Assembly (NCBI GenBank): GCA_031409275.1
Contig: JANNXA010000014.1
Coordinates: 64,001-128,000, forward strand
From: Planctomycetota bacterium
GTDB taxonomy: Bacteria; Planctomycetota; B15-G4; SIAN01
Length of the DNA stretch: 64,000 bases
Direction of reading: 5' to 3'
Shown here: positions 44,553 through 52,915 of the stretch, in pieces
How positions within the stretch are numbered: the stretch's first letter is position 1
Layout: each line of letters begins with the position of its first letter
Program-made: the position numbers and the translations under genes
The notes under the pieces: generated by a model
Seen by the model: only the letters and a program-made list of their open reading frames with translations
Told to the model about the DNA's origin: nothing
Databases searched by the model: none

Positions 44553-45416
44553 ATGTTCAAGTTGATCGGCAAGACCCTGGTGCTCGGCGGCCTTGGCGCA
44601 GGCGCGCTCGGCTGCCTCTACGGCAAGGATCAGCTGCATGCCTGGTTCGATCAGGGCAAGCGCGAGATCGCCACGAAGATCGACGAACTGCAGGGCATGA
44701 AGGGCGAACTCTCCAGCATCGAGTCGCGGGTCCACTCGCTCGAAGGCGAGATCCGCGAACTGCGCGAGCACGCGCTCGAGGAAGAGGTCGAAGTGCAACG
44801 TCTCGACCGCGAAGCGGGCGATCGCAAGCAGGCGCTCGAACGGCTGAAGAAGGGTCTCGAGAAGGCGCAGGCGCTGCTGGCCACCAACGCCAGCCAGTTC
44901 GTGATCGGCGGCATCGCGTACGGTCGTGGCGACGTCGAACGCGACGTGGCCGAGAAGCTCGACCTCTACCAGGTCCAGCAGGACACGCTCGCCCAGCTCG
45001 GACAGACCCTCGACGTGCGCCGCAGCGCGCTGGCGATGGCGAAGGAGAACGTCACCCGCGGCGAGTCTCTGCGCGGCGAGCTCACCGGCAAGCTGCATCT
45101 CCTCCAGGCGAAGCTCGAGAAGCACCGCGCCCGCGAGATCTACGCCGAGGCGGTGGCGGGCGACTTCGACGCCACCGAGTTCCAGACGGTGATCGGCGAG
45201 GTGCGCCAGCGCTGCGCGAAGTTCGAGAGCAAGCTCGAAGTGAAGGGCCGGATCCTCGACGAGCGCATGAAGCTTGCGGTCGGCACGAAGGCCGCAGGCA
45301 TCGACTACGAGGCTCCGGACCGTCCGGAAGGCGGCGGACTCGAGGAGCGTCTCTCGAAGCTGCTCGGCCCGGCGCAGGAACTTCCCGCTTCGGTGGTCAT
45401 CGTCCGCCAGCAGTGA
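44553..45416 (+). CDS. N-terminally anchored long coiled-coil protein, PspA/IM30-like
   Basis: GGAGG SD; hydrophobic Gly-rich N-terminus then continuous heptads; PspA relationship is inferred. Confidence 0.7.
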   Translation: MFKLIGKTLVLGGLGAGALGCLYGKDQLHAWFDQGKREIATKIDELQGMKGELSSIESRVHSLEGEIRELREHALEEEVEVQRLDREAGDRKQALERLKKGLEKAQALLATNASQFVIGGIAYGRGDVERDVAEKLDLYQVQQDTLAQLGQTLDVRRSALAMAKENVTRGESLRGELTGKLHLLQAKLEKHRAREIYAEAVAGDFDATEFQTVIGEVRQRCAKFESKLEVKGRILDERMKLAVGTKAAGIDYEAPDRPEGGGLEERLSKLLGPAQELPASVVIVRQQ

Positions 45417-45487
45417 CTCGTCCTTGAACCTGGTCGCGGCGCCGTGCGAGGGCCTTCCTCGTGCGGCGCCGCCCTCCGGAGCACGCG

Positions 45488-45997
45488 ATGCGCGCCAGCA
45501 CCGTCCTCTTCCTCGGCTTGTTCGGCAGCCTCGCGCTGATCGGACGCGCGCGAGATTCGATGCATCACGACCACTGCCGCGAAGTTCAGCGCGGCCGCGA
45601 CGTCGCCACGCCTGCAGTCCCGCCCGCACGCAGCGCGATCGTGCGCGCGCTCGAACGCGACCACGAGCAGCTCGCACAACGCTGCCGCGAACTCGACCGC
45701 TCCGTCCAGGCGGTCGATGGCTCGCTGCGAACGCTCCGCGATGTCGCCGCGCGCCCTGGTGGCGAAGCGGTGAGCGGCGAGCTCGCGGCCGTCGAAGCGG
45801 GGCGCGCGCAGCTGCAACGGATGCGCCAGTCCTGCGAAGCGCAGCGCGCGGCGCTCCACGCCCGCATCCAGCTCGCGCGTGCCGGAATCACCGAGCGCGC
45901 GCTCGAGCCGCTTGCCGACCCGATCGGCCCCATCGAGGCGCTGGATCAGCTAGAAGTCGAGCGCCGCGTCCGGCCGCTCACTTCGCGCGCGCGGTGA
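45488..45997 (+). CDS. Small exported or anchored coiled-coil protein
   Basis: GGAG SD; MRASTVLFLGLFGSLALIG; heptad-rich body. Confidence 0.6.
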   Translation: MRASTVLFLGLFGSLALIGRARDSMHHDHCREVQRGRDVATPAVPPARSAIVRALERDHEQLAQRCRELDRSVQAVDGSLRTLRDVAARPGGEAVSGELAAVEAGRAQLQRMRQSCEAQRAALHARIQLARAGITERALEPLADPIGPIEALDQLEVERRVRPLTSRAR

Positions 45998-47174
45998 CTC
46001 GCAAGAGCGCCGGTTCAGCGCTGAGAGCCGTCACCAGCGTCACGGTTCCCTCGATCTTGCCCGCCGCGGACGCCACGAGCTTCAGCTTCAGCAGGTAGCA
46101 GTGCCGTTCGAGATCGAGCGTCGTCGAGAGCTCGAGTCCCGGGATGTCCGATTCGAGCTTCGAGATCACGGGAGCCTCGGTGCCGGGGAAGAAGAAGCGC
46201 ATCTCCTTCTCCGACTCCTCGCCGACGGCGACTGACCCGAAGCCGACGACGCCGCGCTCGAAGTACCAAGAAGGCACGATCTCGCCGCGCAGCGGGACGA
46301 GCAGTTCGCGGAAGTCCTTCGGCGCGTTCGGGCGGAAGACGACGGTCGACGCGAACGCCGGGATCGGGGTGTTGCCCTCCAGACGCGCGTGGAGCGTCGT
46401 CACCCAGTCGCGCGTTCCGCCGGTCACGGGCGTGATCGTCGGCTCATCCATCCACAGCTTGATCGGCAGGTCGTGGGTCACGAAGGGTGCGATCGTTGGC
46501 AGCGGCACGGCATCGTCGGGCAGGTGGAGCGTCACTCGCAGCGACGCTTCGCCGCTCTTTCCAGCCTCCACGCGCCCGAGGTCGAGTTGCTTGGGCTCGA
46601 CCAGGATGGTCGGCACCACCGAATAGCGGAACTCGACGCGCGGCTTTGAACGCGCCAGATCGGAGAAGTGCATCGTGACGGCGGTGTTCCGCTGTCCGGC
46701 AGTCGTTGCAGTGATGCGCGCCTTGAGCTTGACGAAACCGCCGGGCGGGATCATCGAGCGATCGTGCTCCAACGTCAGGCAGCGGCACTCGCTGTGGACG
46801 TAGACGATGTTGAACGGACGGTCGCTGCGGTTCTTGACCGCAAACTCGAGCTCGACGACCTCGTTGGGTTCGAGGACACCGAGCTCGAAATTCGGCGGCT
46901 CGATGAGGTAGGCCGAGTCGTCCTTGACCTTGCCCCTCTCGCTGGCGACCAGGACGCGAGTGGGAGGCAGATCGCGCGTCGACGCGGAAGGCGGGGCGTC
47001 CGCCGCCGAGACGTCATCGCCGCCCTCGAGCGGCGCGTTGGCCACTGGCGCCGGAGCGGGTGCCGCGTTGGAGCGCTGCGTCGAAGGCTCCTCTCCGCAC
47101 GCTGACAAGAGGCCCAGGAGCGTCAGAGCGGCCGCGGGGATGGTTCGCAGGAGGGATCGCATGAAGTTCCTCAT
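45978..47174 (-). CDS. DUF1573-domain lipoprotein (Ig-like repeats)
   Basis: Lipobox LLSAC; FELGVL..VKNRSDRP..HSECRCL..IPPGG. Confidence 0.8.
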   Translation of the reverse strand: MRNFMRSLLRTIPAAALTLLGLLSACGEEPSTQRSNAAPAPAPVANAPLEGGDDVSAADAPPSASTRDLPPTRVLVASERGKVKDDSAYLIEPPNFELGVLEPNEVVELEFAVKNRSDRPFNIVYVHSECRCLTLEHDRSMIPPGGFVKLKARITATTAGQRNTAVTMHFSDLARSKPRVEFRYSVVPTILVEPKQLDLGRVEAGKSGEASLRVTLHLPDDAVPLPTIAPFVTHDLPIKLWMDEPTITPVTGGTRDWVTTLHARLEGNTPIPAFASTVVFRPNAPKDFRELLVPLRGEIVPSWYFERGVVGFGSVAVGEESEKEMRFFFPGTEAPVISKLESDIPGLELSTTLDLERHCYLLKLKLVASAAGKIEGTVTLVTALSAEPALLRVTARAK

Positions 47175-48334
47175 CGAACTTTCGCACGTACGGGCAACAG
47201 CATGGGCTCGGTGGACGCCTCGATCGCGATCCTGACCTCGCCCTCGAACTCGCCGGCCGCGGTTGCGAGGAACGTCACCTGCACGCGCAGCGAGCGGCCG
47301 CTCGTCCCCGATTCCGGCAGGGCTTGCGCCTCGAGCTCCGGGCATGAGGTCGTCACGCTCGTGACTTTTGGCGCTTCTTTGACCCAGACTAGCCGCACCG
47401 TGCCACGTCGTGTTTTGCCAATCTCGGCGACGCCGAGGTGGAGTTCCGCGGGATCAAGGTACATGCCTCCGTGCACGCTCCCGGTGAGCGGGAGCTTCGC
47501 CCGACGGTGTCCGGGCGCATCGAAGATCAGTTCGCTGCGGAACGCCGCCAGCGTGCTGCCGCAGTCGAGTTCGAGGCGCAACGGCTGATCCACTTGCGCG
47601 ATTCCGCCGGGCAGCTCGGTCAACGCCGCTTGCCCCAGCACGATGCGGATCGGCAGCACCGCCGCCAGCCGCGGTGCGAACGTCAACGGCGAGACCCCCG
47701 AGGGAAGCTGGTAGCGGACGCGAAGGTCGACCACGGCGGGAGCGCCGACGACGCGCTGACCGAAGTCAGCGCGCGCCGGATCGAAGCGCAGCTCCGGCTC
47801 GATCGAGTAGCGGATGGCGACGCGATGCGTGGTGACCACGCGATCGTTCGCCTGCACGAAGGCGGTCAACAACTTGTTGCCGCGGTTCTCCGCGCGAATC
47901 GTCGTGGAGACTCGTCGGCGGCCGCCCGGCGCCAGGTCGCCGCGCTCGTAGGCGAACGCGACGCAGTCGCATGACCCGTCGATGTTCACGAGCCGCAGCG
48001 GCCGCGCGTCGAGGTTCACGATCTCGAATGAACAGGCGGCGTCTTCGTCGGGACGAAGCACCCCGAGGTCGATCTCGGCGGGCTCCACCGCGAAGGCATA
48101 TGGATCCGCATCGCTCACCACCTGCTTGCCGCGAGGATCATTGGAATGGCGCGCCGCCGGGGCGGGAGTCTCGCCGGCGCCGGCCGCGTCGGGCTCTTTC
48201 GTTGCGGTCGTCGTCGAAACGACGGGCTCCGCGGCCGGCGGCGCCACCGGATCGACTTCGGGCTTGTCGCACCCGACGCCGGCGAGCAACCACGTGAACA
48301 GAAGGCGGCAGCGGCGCCGAGTCCGGTCGTTCAC
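47171..48334 (-). CDS. DUF1573-domain lipoprotein, paralog of the downstream gene
   Basis: Lipobox AGVGC; IDLGVL..IVNLDARP..GSCDCV..LAPGG; both paralogs end in VRAK/ARAK. Confidence 0.8.
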   Translation of the reverse strand: MNDRTRRRCRLLFTWLLAGVGCDKPEVDPVAPPAAEPVVSTTTATKEPDAAGAGETPAPAARHSNDPRGKQVVSDADPYAFAVEPAEIDLGVLRPDEDAACSFEIVNLDARPLRLVNIDGSCDCVAFAYERGDLAPGGRRRVSTTIRAENRGNKLLTAFVQANDRVVTTHRVAIRYSIEPELRFDPARADFGQRVVGAPAVVDLRVRYQLPSGVSPLTFAPRLAAVLPIRIVLGQAALTELPGGIAQVDQPLRLELDCGSTLAAFRSELIFDAPGHRRAKLPLTGSVHGGMYLDPAELHLGVAEIGKTRRGTVRLVWVKEAPKVTSVTTSCPELEAQALPESGTSGRSLRVQVTFLATAAGEFEGEVRIAIEASTEPMLLPVRAKVR

Positions 48335-48702
48335 GGACGCGCATCCGGAGCGCTGCTGCCAGCGAGTTCGGCGAGCAGACGTGGCAGCTCGGCGGCGAGA
48401 TGGGAGCGCGCGATAGCGGCGCGACAACCAGCGGCCCGCGCCTGCGCGAGCAACTCGACGCGCCCGTGCGAGGCGAACGCGATGGTCGGCATGCGACCCG
48501 CGAGCTTCGGCAATCCGGCGAGCGCCGCCGGGCCGGCCGACTCGAGATCGATCAGGCAACCGCGAGCGGCGATCGTGCCGCCTTCCTTGGGAAGGTCGCT
48601 GAGGCAGAGCACCGGCCAGCCTCCCGCGCGCGCAGTCGCCTCGATCTTCGCGCGGAAGAAGAAGTCCTGCACCAGCACGAGGATCGGGGCTGCACGGTCC
48701 AT
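48331..48702 (-). CDS. Atypical single-domain receiver (CheY-like) protein
   Basis: LVLVQDFFFRAKI, CLIDLE, IAFASHG, ARAAGC..IARS. Confidence 0.65.
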   Translation of the reverse strand: MDRAAPILVLVQDFFFRAKIEATARAGGWPVLCLSDLPKEGGTIAARGCLIDLESAGPAALAGLPKLAGRMPTIAFASHGRVELLAQARAAGCRAAIARSHLAAELPRLLAELAGSSAPDARP

Positions 48703-48868
48703 ACGTCGTTTCCCGTTCGCCACCCCTGCCGGCTCGGGGCGATCGCGGCCCGCCCTGTCGACACGCGGGAAGCCGCATGTTCAACGGATGGCGGGCCGCA
48801 CGAGCCACGGCCGCAACGCTGTCTCGCTGCCTCGCTGCGACGGCGCGCCGCAGAAAGGCCTCGATCGA

Positions 48869-49225
48869 TCAGTCGGGGATCGTCAGTTCCTGCCCGACCT
48901 TGATCTGGTCCTTGTTGTTGATGCTGGCGCGATTCGCTTCAAGGATCTTCCGCCACTGCGCCTGATCGTTGTAGTACTCACGTGCAAGGCTGAAGAGCGT
49001 GTCGCCCTTCTTCACGACATGCGTGCGAGTGGCTGCCGGCGCGCCGACCGCCGACGACGAACCGGCCGGCGACTCCGGCGGTGGATTGCGCCACGACGAT
49101 TCGTGGCCGGAATCCGGATCCGAGGGCAGATCCTCCGGGATCGTCTGATCATTCGACCCATTGCTCTTGCACGCGGCCAACGCCAGCAGTGCCGCCGCCC
49201 ACATTCCCTTCGAACGCAAGTTCAT
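48869..49225 (-). CDS. LysM lipoprotein
   Basis: Lipobox LAAC; HVVKKGDTLFSLAREYY...ILEAN...VGQELTIP. Confidence 0.9.
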   Translation of the reverse strand: MNLRSKGMWAAALLALAACKSNGSNDQTIPEDLPSDPDSGHESSWRNPPPESPAGSSSAVGAPAATRTHVVKKGDTLFSLAREYYNDQAQWRKILEANRASINNKDQIKVGQELTIPD

Positions 49226-49294
49226 CGCCAACTCTCCCCGTCCCATTCGCACCCGCACGGACCATCCGGCGTAGCGCGATCGCCAAGGAGCGGG

Positions 49295-49303
49295 ATTGTA
49301 GCA
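49295..49303 (-). promoter_or_regulatory. Extended -10 element upstream of the LysM lipoprotein gene
   Basis: Minus strand TGC-TACAAT. Confidence 0.45.
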
Positions 49304-49329
49304 GCGCGACGAGACCAGAGCGGAAGGCT

Positions 49330-50223
49330 TCAGCGATCGACTTCACCGGCGCCAAGTTCCGGACCGGAAACCTCTTCGCCGACCAGCATGCTGCGCAGCC
49401 TCTGCATCAGGAGCTGGCGATTGGTGTCGCCGCGGGTGCGATGGATCTGCACGAGGTTGCGCAGCATCCGCAACAGCATCGCCCCATCGGACACCGGCAT
49501 CAGGTGGCTCGGGTCGTACTCGACCTGCCGCTCCTCGAGCAGCTGAACGCACTCCGCCTCCCCGAGCACGCGCCCACCGTGGAACGGGTCGAGGAAGCGT
49601 CCCGGCTCTTGGGTGCCGTATCGGACCACGAAATGGCCCGGCAGGCCAATGCCGATCAACGGCAGCTGCAGGCGCCTCGCCACGAAGAGGTAGATCGCAG
49701 AGAGAGCGATCGGGATGCCGACCCGCCGCTCGAGCACGAGGTGGATGAACCAGTTGTCGGGGTCGTAGTAGTTCCTCGGAGCGCCTTGGAAGCCGATCTC
49801 CCGGCCCAGGAAGCGACTCAGCGCGTCGACGACCTCGGTGGGGTCACGCTTCGTCCCGAGACGCGCGGCGAACCCGTCCGCCAACCGATCGAGCGCCACC
49901 CTGACGGTGCTTGCGTCGAGCTCGAAGTCGCGCGTTCGCGCCAGCAGAACGCAGCCAGCCTCGAGCGCCGACTCGTCGCGATCGATGCGCTCTCCGAGGA
50001 GCCGCATCTCGCCTTCGAGGACGCAACCGCGCACCTCGTCGCGGGCGAGACGCGCTCGGCCGCGCAACTTCGCGTCGGGGGAGTCGATCGCTTCGTCGAG
50101 GTACGACAGCGCCTTCGCACCGTGCTCGCGCAGCGCTCGACGCGCTTCCTCGACGACTCGCGGATTTGCGTCCGAGAGCAGAGAAACCACGGCGCGAACC
50201 CGCGCTGGATCCGGACGGTGCAT
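49330..50223 (-). CDS. SirB1/Transglut_core2 family protein with HEAT-like N-terminus
   Basis: YYDPDNWFIHLVLERRVGIPIALS, GIGLPGHFVV, LDPFHGG, LLRMLRNL. Confidence 0.85.
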   Translation of the reverse strand: MHRPDPARVRAVVSLLSDANPRVVEEARRALREHGAKALSYLDEAIDSPDAKLRGRARLARDEVRGCVLEGEMRLLGERIDRDESALEAGCVLLARTRDFELDASTVRVALDRLADGFAARLGTKRDPTEVVDALSRFLGREIGFQGAPRNYYDPDNWFIHLVLERRVGIPIALSAIYLFVARRLQLPLIGIGLPGHFVVRYGTQEPGRFLDPFHGGRVLGEAECVQLLEERQVEYDPSHLMPVSDGAMLLRMLRNLVQIHRTRGDTNRQLLMQRLRSMLVGEEVSGPELGAGEVDR

Positions 50224-50483
50224 CGTCCTACTCCGCGTCAACCCCAGTTGTGACGAGCCGGATCTATAACGCCGCTGCGAGAAGCCACAAGCAGTTCGCT
50301 CCAAGTCGCGCTCCGGGCCGCGCCCGCCCCGGGGAGCCGCATCGGAAGGATCGCGAGCCCGCGTGACTCATCCTCCCGTGCGAGGCGACGGGAGGTCGGC
50401 GCAGGACGAAGCGGGAAATCGCGGCTCCGACGAGGTCATGCGTCGACCGCCCGAGCCGCAGCAGGGGCTCGAGATCAAGCGGG

Positions 50484-51275
50484 CTAGAGACCGGCCGCTT
50501 TCGCCGCCTGCCAGGCGCGCTCCATCTCCTCGAGCGGCGCGCCGGGCAGGCGCCCCGCCAATGCCTGCTCGACGTGTCGAAAGCGCTGGTCGAAGCGCTG
50601 ATTGGCCTCACGCATCGCCTGGTCGGCGTCGACGTCGAGCTTGCGCGCCACGTTCACGACGGAGAAGAGGAGGTCCCCGAGTTCCGCCGTGAAGCGCGCG
50701 CGGGTCGCGGTGCCGACGCGCTCCGCCTCGAGTTCCTCGATCTCCTCGCGCACCTTGGCCAGCGCTCCATCGACGTCCGGCCAATCGAATCCCAGCTTGG
50801 CGGCCTTCTTGCCGAGCTTCTGCGCACGCGCGAGCGCGGACAACCGCTGCGGCACCTCGTCCAGACGTGAATGGATGGCGCCCGAAGCGTCGCCCCGAGC
50901 CGCCCGCTCGGCATCCTTGATCCGGTCCCATTGCGAGAGCACCTGCGCCGAGTCGCGCGCCGTCGCCTCGCCGAAGACGTGCGGGTGGCGATGGATCAGC
51001 TTCTCGCGGATGCGCTGCGCGATCTGCGCAAGGTCGAAGGCGCCGGCCTGCTCGGCGATGCGCCCCATCAGGAAGACGTTCATGAGCAGGTCGCCAAGTT
51101 CCTCGCAGATCGACTCGGCGACGCCGAGCGCGACCGCATCGGCGACCTCGGCGGCCTCCTCCTGCGCGCACGGTGCCATCGTCGCGAGCGTCTGCTCGCG
51201 ATCCCACGGGCAGCCGTCGCGCAATCGATCGACGACTTCGAGCAGGCGCGTAAGCTCGACGATGCGTGGGTCCAT
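50484..51275 (-). CDS. mazG: Nucleoside triphosphate pyrophosphohydrolase MazG (two domains)
   Basis: GCPWDREQT, EELGDLL, KLIHRHPHVFG, GFDW, ELGDLLF. Confidence 0.95.
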   Translation of the reverse strand: MDPRIVELTRLLEVVDRLRDGCPWDREQTLATMAPCAQEEAAEVADAVALGVAESICEELGDLLMNVFLMGRIAEQAGAFDLAQIAQRIREKLIHRHPHVFGEATARDSAQVLSQWDRIKDAERAARGDASGAIHSRLDEVPQRLSALARAQKLGKKAAKLGFDWPDVDGALAKVREEIEELEAERVGTATRARFTAELGDLLFSVVNVARKLDVDADQAMREANQRFDQRFRHVEQALAGRLPGAPLEEMERAWQAAKAAGL

Positions 51276-51307
51276 GCAGTCAGCTCCCGATCACACGGAG
51301 GCGGCGG

Positions 51308-51637
51308 ATGATGCGCTTCGATCCAATGGCTGTCGACTGGAAGCCGACCAGGCGGCGCGGCATCTACGTCGAGCAGCTCTGGACCGACCCGGCGAACGGC
51401 GATGCCGCGGTGCTCGTGCGCATGGATCCGGGCTGCACCTATCCGCGCCACCGCCACGTGCGCGAGGAGGACGTCTTCGTCCTGCAAGGCGGCTTCCGCG
51501 ACGAAGAGGGCGAGTACGCCTGCGGGACGTTCCGCCGCTTTCCGGCCGGCTCGGTCCATGAACCGGTAGCGCTCGCCGGCGACACTCCGTGCGTGCTCTT
51601 CTCCGTGGCTCGCGGCGGCATCGAGCGGGTCGGCTGA
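51308..51637 (+). CDS. ChrR-like cupin domain protein
   Basis: LVRMDPGCTYPRHRH..EDVFVLQG..AGSVHEP. Confidence 0.8.
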   Translation: MMRFDPMAVDWKPTRRRGIYVEQLWTDPANGDAAVLVRMDPGCTYPRHRHVREEDVFVLQGGFRDEEGEYACGTFRRFPAGSVHEPVALAGDTPCVLFSVARGGIERVG

Positions 51638-51661
51638 ATCGAGCGGCTCGCGGCGAGGCGC

Positions 51662-52915
51662 TCACTCCCGCCAGCGTTGCGCCTCGGGAGTGAACTCGGT
51701 GCGCACCAGACCGCTCGGCGCATCACGCGACGAGATCGTGCCGTCTCCATCGAGGTCGAGACGGCGGAACATCGAGCTGCGACCGGGGTATTCGGCCCGC
51801 GCGATGGAGCCGTTGCCGTCGAGGTCGTAGCGAGTGAAGCAGTCGTCGAAAGCGGCGAGCGGTCCTTCGACGCGAGCGGCAGTGACGGCCGTCTCGAGTT
51901 CGCGCAGATCGAGATCGCCGTCGCCGTTCTCGTCGAACCGGATGCGCGTCGCCGCGAAGCGCGCGAGTTCGATCGTCGATAGGCTCCGGTCGCGATCGCG
52001 ATCGAGGAGCTGCATCGCCGTCTTGGCATCGGCCGCCAGGATCATCGGATAGGGGCCGCCGAATGCCCGCGAGCGCGGCAGCTCGGTCCGGTCGAGCGAA
52101 CCGTCGCCGCTGCGATCGAACAGCTCGATCAGGGGCGTCGGGATCCCGAGCTCCTTGACCGAGACCCCGCCGTTCTTGTCGCGATCGAGCTTGATGAAAA
52201 GCGCTCGCCGGTCCACGGCTAGGGGCAGCAACGACAGCTCGCCAGCGGAAAGGAGGTCGTTGCCGTCAAGGTCGGCGCGCGCATGGGCGAGGCGCGTGAG
52301 CTCGCCCGCATCGAAGCGGCCGTCGCGATCACGATCGAACCGATGCAGGTCACCGCCGCCGACGATCAGCCCCCACTCGAGCGCGGGGTTCGCGGTGCCG
52401 AAACTCGCTTGGGAGCGCGCGACGGGCGCGCGCAGCGCGACGAGGTAGTCGACGATGACGCGCGCTTCCTTGTCGCTGATCGCGGCGTCCTTCTTCTCGC
52501 GCATGCGGCGCACGGTGTCGGCCCAACCCGCCGCGCTCTTCGCCGAGCGCTCGACGCGAGTCTCGTCATGGCAGGCAAGACAACGGCGCTCGAACACTTC
52601 GTTCTTCGTGACCAGAGTTCCGATCGCGACCAGCAGGCGGTCGGGAGCCACCGCTTCGCTCGCCGGTTTGAGCGGCGGCGCTTTCGCGCTGCGGCCGAGC
52701 TCACCGGTCGAAAGCCAGCCATCGAGATCGACGTCCAGCGACACGAACGTCGTCCCCGACCCCTTCCACTCCGACCGGCCGACGAACCCGTTGCCGTCGG
52801 TGTCGAGCGTCTTCAGGAACTGGCGCCCTGCCGCGCTCTCGCCCTGCGCCGCCGCCACCGAGGCGCAGAAAACGATGACGAGCGCGCTGGCCAGCATCGA
52901 CGGCGGCTGCATCAT
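51662..52915 (-). CDS. Exported EF-hand-repeat protein with one c-type heme (CLACH)
   Basis: Signal peptide; many DxDxDG loops (LDTDGNG, FDRDRDG, LDRDKNG, YDLDGNG); CLACH with W..TVRRM possible distal Met. Confidence 0.8.
   Translation of the reverse strand: MMQPPSMLASALVIVFCASVAAAQGESAAGRQFLKTLDTDGNGFVGRSEWKGSGTTFVSLDVDLDGWLSTGELGRSAKAPPLKPASEAVAPDRLLVAIGTLVTKNEVFERRCLACHDETRVERSAKSAAGWADTVRRMREKKDAAISDKEARVIVDYLVALRAPVARSQASFGTANPALEWGLIVGGGDLHRFDRDRDGRFDAGELTRLAHARADLDGNDLLSAGELSLLPLAVDRRALFIKLDRDKNGGVSVKELGIPTPLIELFDRSGDGSLDRTELPRSRAFGGPYPMILAADAKTAMQLLDRDRDRSLSTIELARFAATRIRFDENGDGDLDLRELETAVTAARVEGPLAAFDDCFTRYDLDGNGSIARAEYPGRSSMFRRLDLDGDGTISSRDAPSGLVRTEFTPEAQRWRE

Noticed and set aside
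44099..45431. TGAACC motifs before the 44128 and 45488 genes as ECF promoters
   Set aside because: No consistent -10 element or spacing between the two
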